Source of the DNA: an uncultured Prevotellaceae bacterium
GTDB lineage: Bacteria; Bacteroidota; Bacteroidia; Bacteroidales; Bacteroidaceae
DNA: 64,000 nucleotides
NCBI GenBank assembly: GCA_902774925.1
Contig: CACYKE010000003.1
Span: 26,281 to 90,280, forward strand
Direction: 5' to 3'
The notes under the pieces are model-generated. The model was not told the origin of the DNA. It did no database searches and saw nothing but the letters and a program-made list of their open reading frames with translations. The translations under genes were made by a program, and so were the position numbers. Of the stretch, positions 8,052-17,925 are shown in pieces (position 1 is the first letter of the stretch; each line of letters opens with the position of its first letter).

Positions 8052-9864
8052 GACCGGTATAGCCGTTTAAAACAGGAACTTTTTTGCCAAAGATGTTGTA
8101 CCACCAGTAGGTGTCTCCCCATTCCTTACGCATGCCTTCACCAACTTGATCGATAGTCATATCAGGCTTTACCCGACTTTCAAGATCCTTCCAGAACCGC
8201 TTATAGCGGTCATAGACTGTCTGTTCTACGGGGAGCATCATGCGTTTCTTTTCAGGAGCCTTGTCCATAAATAGGATATAGGCCTCTTGTGCATGCAAGG
8301 GAAATTCCTCGTCCATGTGCGTCTTCACATAATTGCGCAGCGAAGACCAGAAACGACGGGAGTCGCAGCGTAGCATGGAATAGAACAATGCCTGTTCCGA
8401 AACAGCCTTGCTAATGGAGTCGGACCAGAGGCTGATGGTGTTGACGATATAGCTGTCGCTGTTCTCAACGCCAGTGAGTTCATCGGGGAAGGCTTTCTCC
8501 AGTTCCTTGACTTTTTCCGTAACCGGAGACGGCTGCCAATCATCATAAAACAGATGGTGGTGCAGCTGGGTGGTATAGCGTTCTACCAGTTCTTTGTCTC
8601 CGCAAGCCAAGGCACAGCGGGAGAGCATCTTCAGGTAGAAGGGTGAGAAACCTGCTTGTATGGCATTCTCGAAATTCAGGCGGATGGCTTCATTCATCAT
8701 GCCGTAGTTGTAATAGACCAGCGGTGAAGCAATATCCAGAAGGGTGACATGGAGAGAATCGGGGTTATAGAGCGGATAACTACTGTTACCCAATTTAAAC
8801 GAACGGTCGAACAGCCCGCCTTCGTTTGTCAGGGCGATGTTCTTGAGAAAAACCATCGTAGTAGTAGGTTTAGGGCTCTCGGTTGCAATACTAAGCACCC
8901 CCTGCCAGTTGTCGTCTTCGGCATAGCGTACCATGCGCATCTCGTTGATGTAGTTCTTGTCGTAGAACTTCAGTGACGAGGTAAAGACGATGCCGGCAAC
9001 GGCACATAATACTGGAATCATTGACCATTGACCTTTGACCTTTGACCATTGACCATTGACCATTGACCATTGGCCTTTAGTAGTCAGGTAGTGACCCACC
9101 ATCGCGATTCCGACAGAAACGGCTCCCAGCACCCAGAATGGGATGGACAGATGCTCGCTGCTGTCGCTTGGGATGATGAAGCGGGGCAAGCCTGCAAATA
9201 CAACATCGTCGAATCTCAGGTTCGAATAGAATTGGGTATGCCAGATATTGGCGGTAAAGAGGAGCAATACAATGCCCACAAGTTCGCGCCATGTTGGTTT
9301 TTCGCAAAGTGCCAGACAAAGCACGAACAGCATGGCAAACCACCCTAACACCGGGTAGATGCAAAAGCCTATCAGATACCAGGCCAGATGCCATTTACGC
9401 GGTGTCTGGCGTGCTGCCCACAAGAGCAGCAGCATGATGAGATAAGCTACCGACTGCGAGAACCAATAGCCTCTGATGGTAGATATATATACCCAATAGC
9501 CCAAATCGACAATAGAGGTGAGCAGGCAAGCTACAGGCAAGAGCATCAGTGCTGATGCACTGGATTTTAAGCGGAATGCTTTGGCTCCCACTATGAAGAT
9601 AAGCGTCCAGATAGCTATTAGGACGGCTGATCCTACTGCCGGATGATAGAAAAGCTGTGTGAGCCATGCTCCCACATACTGCATCAGGCCAAAGGGCTTC
9701 TGCATCAGGGCGTGGAAGAAGGGTGTTCCGAAGAGGAACTCCGAACGGTCGTGAGCCGTATAGAATACCTCTTGATTGATATATAAGATATAAATGACAA
9801 ATGCTATGTAGGCCAATAGACTTCCTAAAAAGATGGCCCTGGATATCTTGTTTTCTTTATTCAT
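8035..9864 (-). CDS. polytopic inner-membrane protein with a helical C-terminal domain (module copy B, gene 1; possibly DUF6057-like, unverified)
   Basis: The ORF track gives 8035..9981. I start at ATG 9864 (MNKENKISRAIFLG...) because a TACCTTTG box at 9888-9895 lies inside the longer ORF. Many TM segments; paralog of 5081..6502. Confidence 0.7.
   Translation of the reverse strand: MNKENKISRAIFLGSLLAYIAFVIYILYINQEVFYTAHDRSEFLFGTPFFHALMQKPFGLMQYVGAWLTQLFYHPAVGSAVLIAIWTLIFIVGAKAFRLKSSASALMLLPVACLLTSIVDLGYWVYISTIRGYWFSQSVAYLIMLLLLWAARQTPRKWHLAWYLIGFCIYPVLGWFAMLFVLCLALCEKPTWRELVGIVLLLFTANIWHTQFYSNLRFDDVVFAGLPRFIIPSDSSEHLSIPFWVLGAVSVGIAMVGHYLTTKGQWSMVNGQWSKVKGQWSMIPVLCAVAGIVFTSSLKFYDKNYINEMRMVRYAEDDNWQGVLSIATESPKPTTTMVFLKNIALTNEGGLFDRSFKLGNSSYPLYNPDSLHVTLLDIASPLVYYNYGMMNEAIRLNFENAIQAGFSPFYLKMLSRCALACGDKELVERYTTQLHHHLFYDDWQPSPVTEKVKELEKAFPDELTGVENSDSYIVNTISLWSDSISKAVSEQALFYSMLRCDSRRFWSSLRNYVKTHMDEEFPLHAQEAYILFMDKAPEKKRMMLPVEQTVYDRYKRFWKDLESRVKPDMTIDQVGEGMRKEWGDTYWWYNIFGKKVPVLNGYTGHEVQS
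9018..9080. repeat. heptanucleotide tandem repeat CCATTGA/CCTTTGA x9 (63 bp), in frame inside CDS 8035..9864
   Basis: tcattga ccattga cctttga cctttga ccattga ccattga ccattga ccattgg cctttag; encodes KGQWSMVNGQWSKVKGQWSM. Confidence 0.95.
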
Positions 9865-9887
9865 TGTTGTTACTTTACTTTTCGATG

Positions 9888-9895
9888 CAAAGGTA
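9888..9895 (-). promoter_or_regulatory. -7 promoter box TACCTTTG for the four-gene cluster 9864->3561
   Basis: Plus strand reads caaaggta, 24 nt upstream of ATG 9864. Confidence 0.5.
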
Positions 9896-10008
9896 GTAAC
9901 AATATTCAAAAAAGCCAAACTTTTTCCTGAAAAACTTGATGTCTTTAATAATATAAAAGAGGGTGTGCCTATTTGGCGCACCCTCTAATAAAGCATTTAC
10001 ATCAAACT

Positions 10009-11319
10009 CTATTTTGTTACGGGTCTAACAGAAACTCCGAAACTGGTACTCAGATTGTTGTAGATGTCCAGAGAATTATACTGACCATGCTGGAAAATCA
10101 ACATGTTCGGCATATTTTCAGAACTACCAATAGATCCTTCTGAACCATTAAGCTGCTCTGCCATTGAGGGGAAATTGTAAGTACCGGTAATCTCTCCAGT
10201 AGCATAATAGCCTGCATTTCCGTTTCCATACCATTGGTCTTTGTAACGGAAGCCTGCAGCGGGCAAGAAGATGCTGTTGCTATTGCCTTCGACTTTGCTG
10301 GAGACTCTATATCCATTTCCAACAAATTCCCATTTGCAATACTCAAGCAACTCTACGAAATCAGCGGTGGATGGCATTCTCCAGTTGCCACCCCAATTTG
10401 CAGTAGCAGGATCATGGCTGGCATCTGAAATAATGCTATAGACAGGAACGAAGTGTAAGTTGTTTTTCTTCTTGTCATCAAGTCTGTCTTTCGGAGCATT
10501 TCCAATAACACCACCAGTATAGTCCTTACGAATCGTATTGCCAAACAGGTCTTTTACTTCAGCATAATTGTTTGCTAGCCCTGAGAAATAATACGAGACT
10601 TGTGTTAAGCCAATTTCTTCGATATTGAGTTTAGATACTTTTTCGTATTGATACTTCTTAAAATAATCTAATGTGTCCTGGAGGGTTACATCACGATCTT
10701 TAATTTTAAGAACATCTTTAAGATTCGGATATCTCTCAATATACTCACCATCCTCATTCAGATTAATGATGAGCTGAAATTCTTCATTTTCGAGTGTTGC
10801 CTCAAGGAGTTTTGTATAAGACTTACTTCTGAGATCAGCCAACTTAACCTTTACGAATGAAAGAATTGCTTCCCTTATTTTTACATCTTCAGTTATGGAC
10901 GATGTGTTAATAAGCTTAGACTCTTCAAGTTTGACAATACTTGTTGTGTCACAAACAGTACCATCATCCTTCTTCTCTCCTTGGTACAATTTAAACAAAG
11001 TAGATACAGGTGTTTCCTCTGTTACATTCAAATATGATAGGTCATCGGTTGCCTGAACTTGGTTTCCTGTGGCATCTCCCCAAACGAAGAGAATACCATT
11101 ATCAGACTCTGAAGTTGCACCAACATTCATATTAGCCCACTTGGTACCACTGGGAAGTCCCAAATCTACAGCCTGACCTGCATTTTTGATACTACTGGTG
11201 TTTGCTGTATATTTGGCGTCCACAGAATTTTCCTCAATCTTGTCACTACAAGCCACGAACACGCTTGATGTGATAAGTGCGGTAATTGCGAGCTTACTTA
11301 AATTCATTAATTGTTTCAT
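10009..11319 (-). CDS. lipoprotein with a C-terminal FISUMP/DUF1566-like domain
   Basis: 436 aa; lipobox FVACS. The C-terminus GGNWRMPSTADFVELL...IFLPAAGFRY...GNAGYYATGE resembles the Fibrobacter succinogenes major paralogous domain pattern (WR.PT..E...L, LPAAG.R, G.YW). Confidence 0.6.
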   Translation of the reverse strand: MKQLMNLSKLAITALITSSVFVACSDKIEENSVDAKYTANTSSIKNAGQAVDLGLPSGTKWANMNVGATSESDNGILFVWGDATGNQVQATDDLSYLNVTEETPVSTLFKLYQGEKKDDGTVCDTTSIVKLEESKLINTSSITEDVKIREAILSFVKVKLADLRSKSYTKLLEATLENEEFQLIINLNEDGEYIERYPNLKDVLKIKDRDVTLQDTLDYFKKYQYEKVSKLNIEEIGLTQVSYYFSGLANNYAEVKDLFGNTIRKDYTGGVIGNAPKDRLDDKKKNNLHFVPVYSIISDASHDPATANWGGNWRMPSTADFVELLEYCKWEFVGNGYRVSSKVEGNSNSIFLPAAGFRYKDQWYGNGNAGYYATGEITGTYNFPSMAEQLNGSEGSIGSSENMPNMLIFQHGQYNSLDIYNNLSTSFGVSVRPVTK

Positions 11320-11356
11320 TATAACGATGTTTTAATATTATACATATAAGAACTTA

Positions 11357-12451
11357 TTATTCCTCATAGTAAACGGTCTTGAGCAGCATAGAGCCACTAT
11401 ACAGCATGAGGTCGAGGTCACGGCCTTCACCACCCTTGGCACATTCATTTGCCATTGTCTGAGTGATAGGAAGCTCGTTCAAGCCATCCACCCACTTAAC
11501 ATGATCGTAATAAGTGTTACTCCACCAACCGTTCATGACCTTCAGGTCAAAGTCGGGAGTTACATTTGCTACATCAAAGATTAGCGTCTTCAGGCCGAAG
11601 TAAACTTCATCGGGAATGGTGGGCAGATGTGCACCTTCGGTAGAACTGAAACGCATGGCTGCAGCATCCCAAGCACCAGGTACGAACGGCTCTTGCGGAT
11701 TCTCTGCCTTTTCATCATCTGGTCTGTTAGGATCACCATAGATATAGTACTTCACGAGCGGGTTAGAGATTTTTTCACACTTTACGGGGTAAACAGCAAC
11801 AAGCTCTGTACCATCAGGACAAATAGCAGTAAGCTTAATGTCATAATCAGTGGTAATGTAATCACCATTCTCATTCCAATTAACCTTCATTTTCTTCGAT
11901 GCGAAGTTTCCAATTAATTCCTTACCGGCGAAATCCCACTTTGCATTGACGGGAGCAGAGGTTTGACAGGTAATAACGTTACCGAATTCACCTTCTTTTT
12001 CAGGAGCCACCTTAGGACCATAGGTTTTATAGATGGCTTTGACGGTAATAGTTCCAGTGCTATTGATATGCTTTAAAGCGATGCTCGGCAGGGTAGTAGC
12101 TCCATCGCCAAGTTCATACCTGTAGAATGCAGAACTTCTCTGAATTTTCTTAAAGTTTGCACCATCGAAGGATACCATCCAACATGTGTCAGCAACGGTC
12201 TCTGCGTCAAAATAAATGGTGACACCCTCGCAGTCTTTGACATCAACGTTCTCCGCCAAGACAACTGGTGTCTCTGGGGCAGCCGTATAGGTCTTCAGAC
12301 CCGCAATCGGAGCTACCTTGTCAACAATAACTGTAGACATTGCCTTGAGCTCCTCAACAGTGATGTGATCGCCATTATTGATTTTCTCATGAACAGGATC
12401 GCAGGCAAAAAGCACACCTACTGCGGCAATTAACAAATATATCTTTTTCAT
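11357..12451 (-). CDS. PUL-associated hypothetical lipoprotein
   Basis: 364 aa; signal peptide plus lipobox LFACD; sits immediately downstream of SusD. No domain recognised. Confidence 0.6.
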   Translation of the reverse strand: MKKIYLLIAAVGVLFACDPVHEKINNGDHITVEELKAMSTVIVDKVAPIAGLKTYTAAPETPVVLAENVDVKDCEGVTIYFDAETVADTCWMVSFDGANFKKIQRSSAFYRYELGDGATTLPSIALKHINSTGTITVKAIYKTYGPKVAPEKEGEFGNVITCQTSAPVNAKWDFAGKELIGNFASKKMKVNWNENGDYITTDYDIKLTAICPDGTELVAVYPVKCEKISNPLVKYYIYGDPNRPDDEKAENPQEPFVPGAWDAAAMRFSSTEGAHLPTIPDEVYFGLKTLIFDVANVTPDFDLKVMNGWWSNTYYDHVKWVDGLNELPITQTMANECAKGGEGRDLDLMLYSGSMLLKTVYYEE

Positions 12452-12470
12452 ATTGTTTCATTTAATAATA

Positions 12471-14423
12471 TTAGTACATAACTCTATAGGTATACTCATT
12501 AGCAGGAGTATGTTTCGGATCATCGTCTCCGCCCCATCCTGGGTTCTGCTTCATCGCACCGTTCATCAGGGTCATCTGAGCCTGAGGCTTAGGCAAGAAA
12601 CCGTTGGTGTCTGCATAACGCTTCGCCCAACCGGCCTTGGTCATGTGTTCCATAACCCTGCTGTTCTTCTTGCCGAGGCATGTAATTTGTTGACCACTCT
12701 GAGCCTGAAGAGCCTTGGCAGCGTATGAACCTTCGCCAGAGTCGATACCTGACCAACGACGCATATCGTTGAAACGAATACCCTCCAATGCGAACTCCCA
12801 GCGGCGCTCATTCTGAACAGCCTTCAAAGAGTAAGCTGTCGTAGGTACACCAGCACGTTTCTGAACCTGGTTCATGTAGGAAGCCTCACCTGTGAGCTCG
12901 GTCAGCATCAGCAGCACGTCGGCATAACGCATCAGGTAGAAGTCCTCGAAGTGGTCACCCTGTTGCGGATTGTCAAGTGAACTGGAGGAATAGCCAGGAG
13001 CCTTTTTCCACCATGAATCATTATCTGCAGGATTGGCGTCAAGGTTCACGTCAGCGTACTTCTTGACAGCATAGCCGGACTCCTCGCAGTCGTCCTTCTC
13101 ATAAGTATAGCTCTCGAGTTCATTATCGAGGTCAATCAAAGTAGCCTTCTTGCGTTTGTCAGTGTAGTTACCAGCCTGCTCTGCAGCAGTCCAATCGTTC
13201 CAGATGTTGCATGAAGGAGTACCCTGACCCCAACCCTGGTTGAATGGATAAGTCTTGTCGCGCTTACCATTGTCATTGGTAGCACCATTACGAAGACCCC
13301 AGAAGCAAGAGAGGTAGTTTGAATACATACGCGGGTTGTTATAGGTACCACCGATAGCCCACTTAGAAGCATTCATGAACTGAATCTGGAAGATTTCCTC
13401 GGTGTTGCCGTTACCCATGCCTGGCTGGTCGAAGCAGTTCTCACGCTTCATGTCAGCGATGAACGCATAAGCATGTCCTTTACCATCTTTTGCCTCATCA
13501 TAGAGAAGGCTGTTTGAATACTGCCAAAGTGAACGGAAATCCTCACAGAGCTTGTAACGACCGCTGGCAACGATATCCTTAAGGGCAGCTACAACATCAG
13601 ACTGAGAAATCTTATCAACCGAGCAACCTTCCTGCTTGATAGCCTCACCAGTGCGGTCTTTGAGCTCGATAGCGGGACCTGAGCCATTAGCTAGTTCACC
13701 AGCTTTCTTATAGAAGCCAGCCCAGAACATGTAGGCACGTGCAAGGAAAGCCTCGGCAGCATACCTGTTGGCATGGCCATCACCATTGATACCATATCCT
13801 GATGCTACGTTCATGAGGTTCGTGCCAGACACAAAGTCAGCGATAATCTGAGGATAGATTACCTCACCAGCACTTACCTCATTCTGCATGTCGTCAGTAA
13901 CGGTAGTAGAGGTGATCAGAGGTACGTCACCGTACATCTGGGTCAGCAAGAGCGTATAGAAACCGCGCATGAAAAAGCCCTCACCAAGGAGCTGTTTGCG
14001 CTGTGCATTTTCTTTGCCACCAGCCCAGTTCACGTTATCGATGGTCTCAATCTGGTTGTTAGCACGGGAGATACCGCCATAGAGCAGGATGAAATCCTGT
14101 TCATACTGGTTGGCACTTGCCGTTGTAAAGTGATGGAGTGACTTTGCCACATTGTCCTGCAAACCGCCACTTCCGTAGCAGTCGTCAGACATAAGACACC
14201 ACCAATAGAATGGATTGTTCAATATACCGCTTTGGTCACCGCCACCCAGTGTATTCATAATACTATAGGTAGCTGCATTCAAAGCTTCTACATCTGCTGG
14301 TTTACCAGGGAAAGTTGCTGCAGTCAACTCTGTAACACGTGGATCTGTGTCCAGATTATCGTTACAAGCTGTAAACAAAGTTGCTGCAGACAAAACAGCT
14401 AATGATAAAATATATTTCTTCAT
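12471..14423 (-). CDS. SusD/RagB family nutrient-binding outer-membrane lipoprotein (PUL 1)
   Basis: 650 aa; lipobox FTACN; SusD-like helical N-terminal region; placed directly after SusC with a 15-nt gap. Confidence 0.85.
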   Translation of the reverse strand: MKKYILSLAVLSAATLFTACNDNLDTDPRVTELTAATFPGKPADVEALNAATYSIMNTLGGGDQSGILNNPFYWWCLMSDDCYGSGGLQDNVAKSLHHFTTASANQYEQDFILLYGGISRANNQIETIDNVNWAGGKENAQRKQLLGEGFFMRGFYTLLLTQMYGDVPLITSTTVTDDMQNEVSAGEVIYPQIIADFVSGTNLMNVASGYGINGDGHANRYAAEAFLARAYMFWAGFYKKAGELANGSGPAIELKDRTGEAIKQEGCSVDKISQSDVVAALKDIVASGRYKLCEDFRSLWQYSNSLLYDEAKDGKGHAYAFIADMKRENCFDQPGMGNGNTEEIFQIQFMNASKWAIGGTYNNPRMYSNYLSCFWGLRNGATNDNGKRDKTYPFNQGWGQGTPSCNIWNDWTAAEQAGNYTDKRKKATLIDLDNELESYTYEKDDCEESGYAVKKYADVNLDANPADNDSWWKKAPGYSSSSLDNPQQGDHFEDFYLMRYADVLLMLTELTGEASYMNQVQKRAGVPTTAYSLKAVQNERRWEFALEGIRFNDMRRWSGIDSGEGSYAAKALQAQSGQQITCLGKKNSRVMEHMTKAGWAKRYADTNGFLPKPQAQMTLMNGAMKQNPGWGGDDDPKHTPANEYTYRVMY

Positions 14424-14438
14424 AACTTAATTGTCGAA

Positions 14439-17400
14439 TTAGAATTTAATACTTGCACCTACCAAATATGTACGAGATGGCGGGTAGAGACCCAGGTCGA
14501 TACCAGAAGCCCAACCATTACCACCTGCTGAGTTACCAACCTCAGGATCGAGACCGGTGTAACTGGTGAAGGTGTAGAGGTTCTGAGCCTGAACATAGAA
14601 ACGAAGCTGCTGGAACGGACAAGCCTTCCAGAGATGCTTGAAGTCGTAACCGAGGGTGATAGTCTTGATCTTAAAGTAGTCGGCATCTTCCATGTAACGG
14701 GTAGAAACCCAGTTCGTGTTCTCACTACCAGTACTTGTAATACGTGGCTGGTTGCCAGAAGTACCCTCACCAACCCAACGATTCAGGATCGTAGTGTCAT
14801 AGTTCTGATAAGGAGCATCACTGAATGAACGGTAAGAACGCATAATCTGCATACCGAATGCACCGGCACCGTTTACAGCGAAGTCGAAGCCCTTCCATGT
14901 GCAGCCGAGGTTGACACCCAGCATCACATCGGGGTTAGGATTACCAATCTCATGACGGTCACAAGTTTGACCTTCTGAATAGGTAATCACACCGTCACCG
15001 TTCCAGTCATCCCAGATGAGGTCACCGGGCTGTGCGCCGTCAAGAACTGCCTTTCCGGCCTTACGTGCAGCATCAATCTCATCCTGATTCTGCCAAACAC
15101 CGCTGTATGACATGCCGTAGAAGTAACCGATGGGCTTACCTTCTTCAGCACGATAGACGTACTCAGTACCCTGTGAGAGGACGCCGCTAGGACCATTGAT
15201 GTAGTGGTTGTCGTTAGCGATACGCGTTACCTCGTTCTTGTTGGTGGTAAAGTTTACACTGGCGTTGTAACGGAAGTCCTTACCAATTCTGTCATTCCAA
15301 GAGAGGGCGATCTCAACACCCGTATTCTTCACGTCACCACCATTGATGGCAGCGGGATTAGTACCATAGATGGCCAGCAGGTTACCTCCGATAAGCCAGT
15401 CCTTAGTGGTCTTCTTATACCAGTCGAAAACCAAACCTAAACGGCTGTTGAGGAAACGAGCGTCGAAACCGAAGTCGAGCTGCTCAGAAGTCTCCCAAGT
15501 CAGGTCAGGATTCGGTACGATATTAGCGTAGGCACCGGTATTGGGCGTTCCGCTAGTTGAGGTCTTGATGTCAGAACCGAATTTATAACCGCTGTCGCCA
15601 GATTCACCTGACAGGGCGATGGTAGCAAGATATTGGTACTTGCTGATATCTTTGTTACCGTTCTGTCCCCAAGATGCACGAATCTTGAAGAAGTCGAGCC
15701 AACTCTTGGTCTTCTCCATGAATTTCTCGTTGGTGACTACCCAACCTGCAGATACAGAGGGGAACCAACCCCAGCGCTTACCGTCAGTGAAGATACTTGA
15801 ACCATCATAACGCAGGGTAACAGTAGCCATATAGGTCTCGTTCCAGTCCCAAGTAACACGACCGAACCAAGAAGCGAGATACTCCTCGTCATTGGGCTTA
15901 CCAGTCAAAGTAAGATCGGTAGCATTTAACAACTTGAAGTTTGACAACCATGCAGAATCCCAACCCTTCAGCGTTGCGAGCTGCTCACCATAATTAACCT
16001 TGTTAGATCCACCGATGTTATAGCTCCAAGCGGTGCTCTGGTAGCTCTGACCAACCATGGCGCTGATCTTGTGACCAGAAATGATAGGAAGATCATAGGT
16101 AAGGGTGTTTTCAATAGACCAGTTGGTGTTCAACCATGCACTCTGGGAAACACTATAGACAACTGATGTGGCATTACCATAACCAGAAGAACGTGGCTCG
16201 TTATAGTTACGATATGAACCAGAACCCCAGTTGTAGTTGAACTGAGAGCGGAGTCTCAGACCCTTGATAGGCTGAATAACGGCGAAAGCAGTAGCACTGG
16301 TATTGACGCTGCGGCTCTCTGCCATAGAGTTGAAACCACCATGAGAGAGGTTCTCCCATGGGTTGCTGAACAGAGAAGAGTTCCAGCCTTTACCATACTT
16401 CACATTACCGTCAAAATCCTGATAGGAATATATTTCGCCATTGTAAGCGTACTGTGGCATAAGCGGAGTGGTCTGGAGCAAGCTGTGGATATAGCTCCAG
16501 TACATACCATCCTCAGCCAGGTCGTGGTTCCTGTTGTAGCTGATAGAAATATTCTCACCGATGGTGATGGCATCGAAGTCCTTAGCCTTCAAGAGCACAT
16601 GATCGCTGTTCAGACGGATCGTGTGGCGCTTGTAGTAAGAAGCCTCACTTGCACCCATGATACCTTCGTTGCCGGTATAGGTATAAGACATGTTAAACTT
16701 AGACATGTCGGTACCACCAGTCAGGGTGATAGAATGGTTGTTCTGCAGGGCATTCTTGTTCTCGAACTTACCCCACCAGTCAGTGCCTGACCAACCACTG
16801 TTAACCTTGGTGATAATGTCTTGGGGAACAAAGCCTGCCCAATCCATCTTAGCACCTGAAGTGTTGAAGGTGTATTCGTCAAGGATGGTCATGAACTGTG
16901 AAGCATTGAGCAGCTGCGGGCGCTTGTAAGCATTTGACCAACCCATAGCACCATTGTAGCTAATCTCAATCTTACCAGCCTTACCCTGCTTGGTAGTAAC
17001 GAGGATAACGCCGTTTGCAGCACGGGCACCATAGATGGCTGCCGATGCAGCGTCCTTCAAAATATCGATGCTCTCAATATCAGCGGGGTTGATGTCATCA
17101 AGGCTACCACCTGCTACACCGTCGATGACGTAAAGAGGTGCGGAGTTACCGGTGGTACCGATACCACGGATGTAAACCTTGTAACCCTTACCGGGCTGTG
17201 AAGATGCTTGAGTAATCTGCACACCAGGAGTGCTTGACTGCATGGCTTCCAGTGCGTTCGTAGTGTTCAGTTTGGCGATGTCCTCACCCTTTACCTGAAC
17301 GGTAGCACCGGTCAACAACTTTTTCTTCTGCACACCGTAACCCACAACGACGACTTCCTCCAGTGCGGTGTTGTCTTCCTGCAGGGTTACATTGAAAGAA

Positions 17401-17708
17401 CTCTGACTGCCAGTGGCAATCTCCTGAGTAGTGTAGCCGATGTAGCTGATGACCAGCGTAGCACCGGGCTTCACGTTGAGCGTAAAGTTACCGTCGAGAT
17501 CTGTTACTGTACCATTGGTGGTACCCTTTTCAACGATACTTGCACCAATCACGGGACCCTGAGCGTCAGAGACGGTACCCGTAATCTTCTTCGTCGACTG
17601 TTGAACAGCCTGTACCGAATTTTCAGCATTAGCTACTAATGGTGAGTACATTCCTAACAGGGAACATGCACCCATCAACAGCGCTGTTTTTCTGATTTTT
17701 TGATTCAT
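14439..17708 (-). CDS. SusC/RagA family TonB-dependent outer-membrane transporter (PUL 1)
   Basis: 1089 aa. CarboxypepD_reg-like ITGTVSDAQGPVIGASIVEKGTTNGTVTDLDGNF, plug region VVVVGYGVQKKK...SIDILKDAASAAIYGARAANGVILVTTK, C-terminal ...YLVGASIKF. Confidence 0.9.
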   Translation of the reverse strand: MNQKIRKTALLMGACSLLGMYSPLVANAENSVQAVQQSTKKITGTVSDAQGPVIGASIVEKGTTNGTVTDLDGNFTLNVKPGATLVISYIGYTTQEIATGSQSSFNVTLQEDNTALEEVVVVGYGVQKKKLLTGATVQVKGEDIAKLNTTNALEAMQSSTPGVQITQASSQPGKGYKVYIRGIGTTGNSAPLYVIDGVAGGSLDDINPADIESIDILKDAASAAIYGARAANGVILVTTKQGKAGKIEISYNGAMGWSNAYKRPQLLNASQFMTILDEYTFNTSGAKMDWAGFVPQDIITKVNSGWSGTDWWGKFENKNALQNNHSITLTGGTDMSKFNMSYTYTGNEGIMGASEASYYKRHTIRLNSDHVLLKAKDFDAITIGENISISYNRNHDLAEDGMYWSYIHSLLQTTPLMPQYAYNGEIYSYQDFDGNVKYGKGWNSSLFSNPWENLSHGGFNSMAESRSVNTSATAFAVIQPIKGLRLRSQFNYNWGSGSYRNYNEPRSSGYGNATSVVYSVSQSAWLNTNWSIENTLTYDLPIISGHKISAMVGQSYQSTAWSYNIGGSNKVNYGEQLATLKGWDSAWLSNFKLLNATDLTLTGKPNDEEYLASWFGRVTWDWNETYMATVTLRYDGSSIFTDGKRWGWFPSVSAGWVVTNEKFMEKTKSWLDFFKIRASWGQNGNKDISKYQYLATIALSGESGDSGYKFGSDIKTSTSGTPNTGAYANIVPNPDLTWETSEQLDFGFDARFLNSRLGLVFDWYKKTTKDWLIGGNLLAIYGTNPAAINGGDVKNTGVEIALSWNDRIGKDFRYNASVNFTTNKNEVTRIANDNHYINGPSGVLSQGTEYVYRAEEGKPIGYFYGMSYSGVWQNQDEIDAARKAGKAVLDGAQPGDLIWDDWNGDGVITYSEGQTCDRHEIGNPNPDVMLGVNLGCTWKGFDFAVNGAGAFGMQIMRSYRSFSDAPYQNYDTTILNRWVGEGTSGNQPRITSTGSENTNWVSTRYMEDADYFKIKTITLGYDFKHLWKACPFQQLRFYVQAQNLYTFTSYTGLDPEVGNSAGGNGWASGIDLGLYPPSRTYLVGASIKF

Positions 17709-17917
17709 ACTTAAGTGTTTTCTTTATAAATTAGTTGTAATGAACTCAAACTTGGTTTAAGGTGGAAGCAATAACTTCCATGTAGTTAATACGACCTGCC
17801 TAGCAAGCATATTGCTGTCATTTAAGAGGTGTTGTTAAATTTCATAATTTTTTGGTTATTACTTAATTATTATAATGATTTTGGTTATTTTCAAGAAAAC
17901 TCTTAGTTGCGGTGGTG

Positions 17918-17925
17918 CAAAATTA
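17918..17925 (-). promoter_or_regulatory. -7 promoter box TAATTTTG upstream of SusC 14439..17708 (implies a roughly 200-nt leader)
   Basis: Plus strand reads caaaatta. Confidence 0.4.

Noticed and set aside
4436-9080. Whether the tandem repeats could be a CRISPR array
   Set aside because: The units are 7-8 bp and contiguous, with no 25-40-bp spacers, and lie inside ORFs. No cas genes are present.
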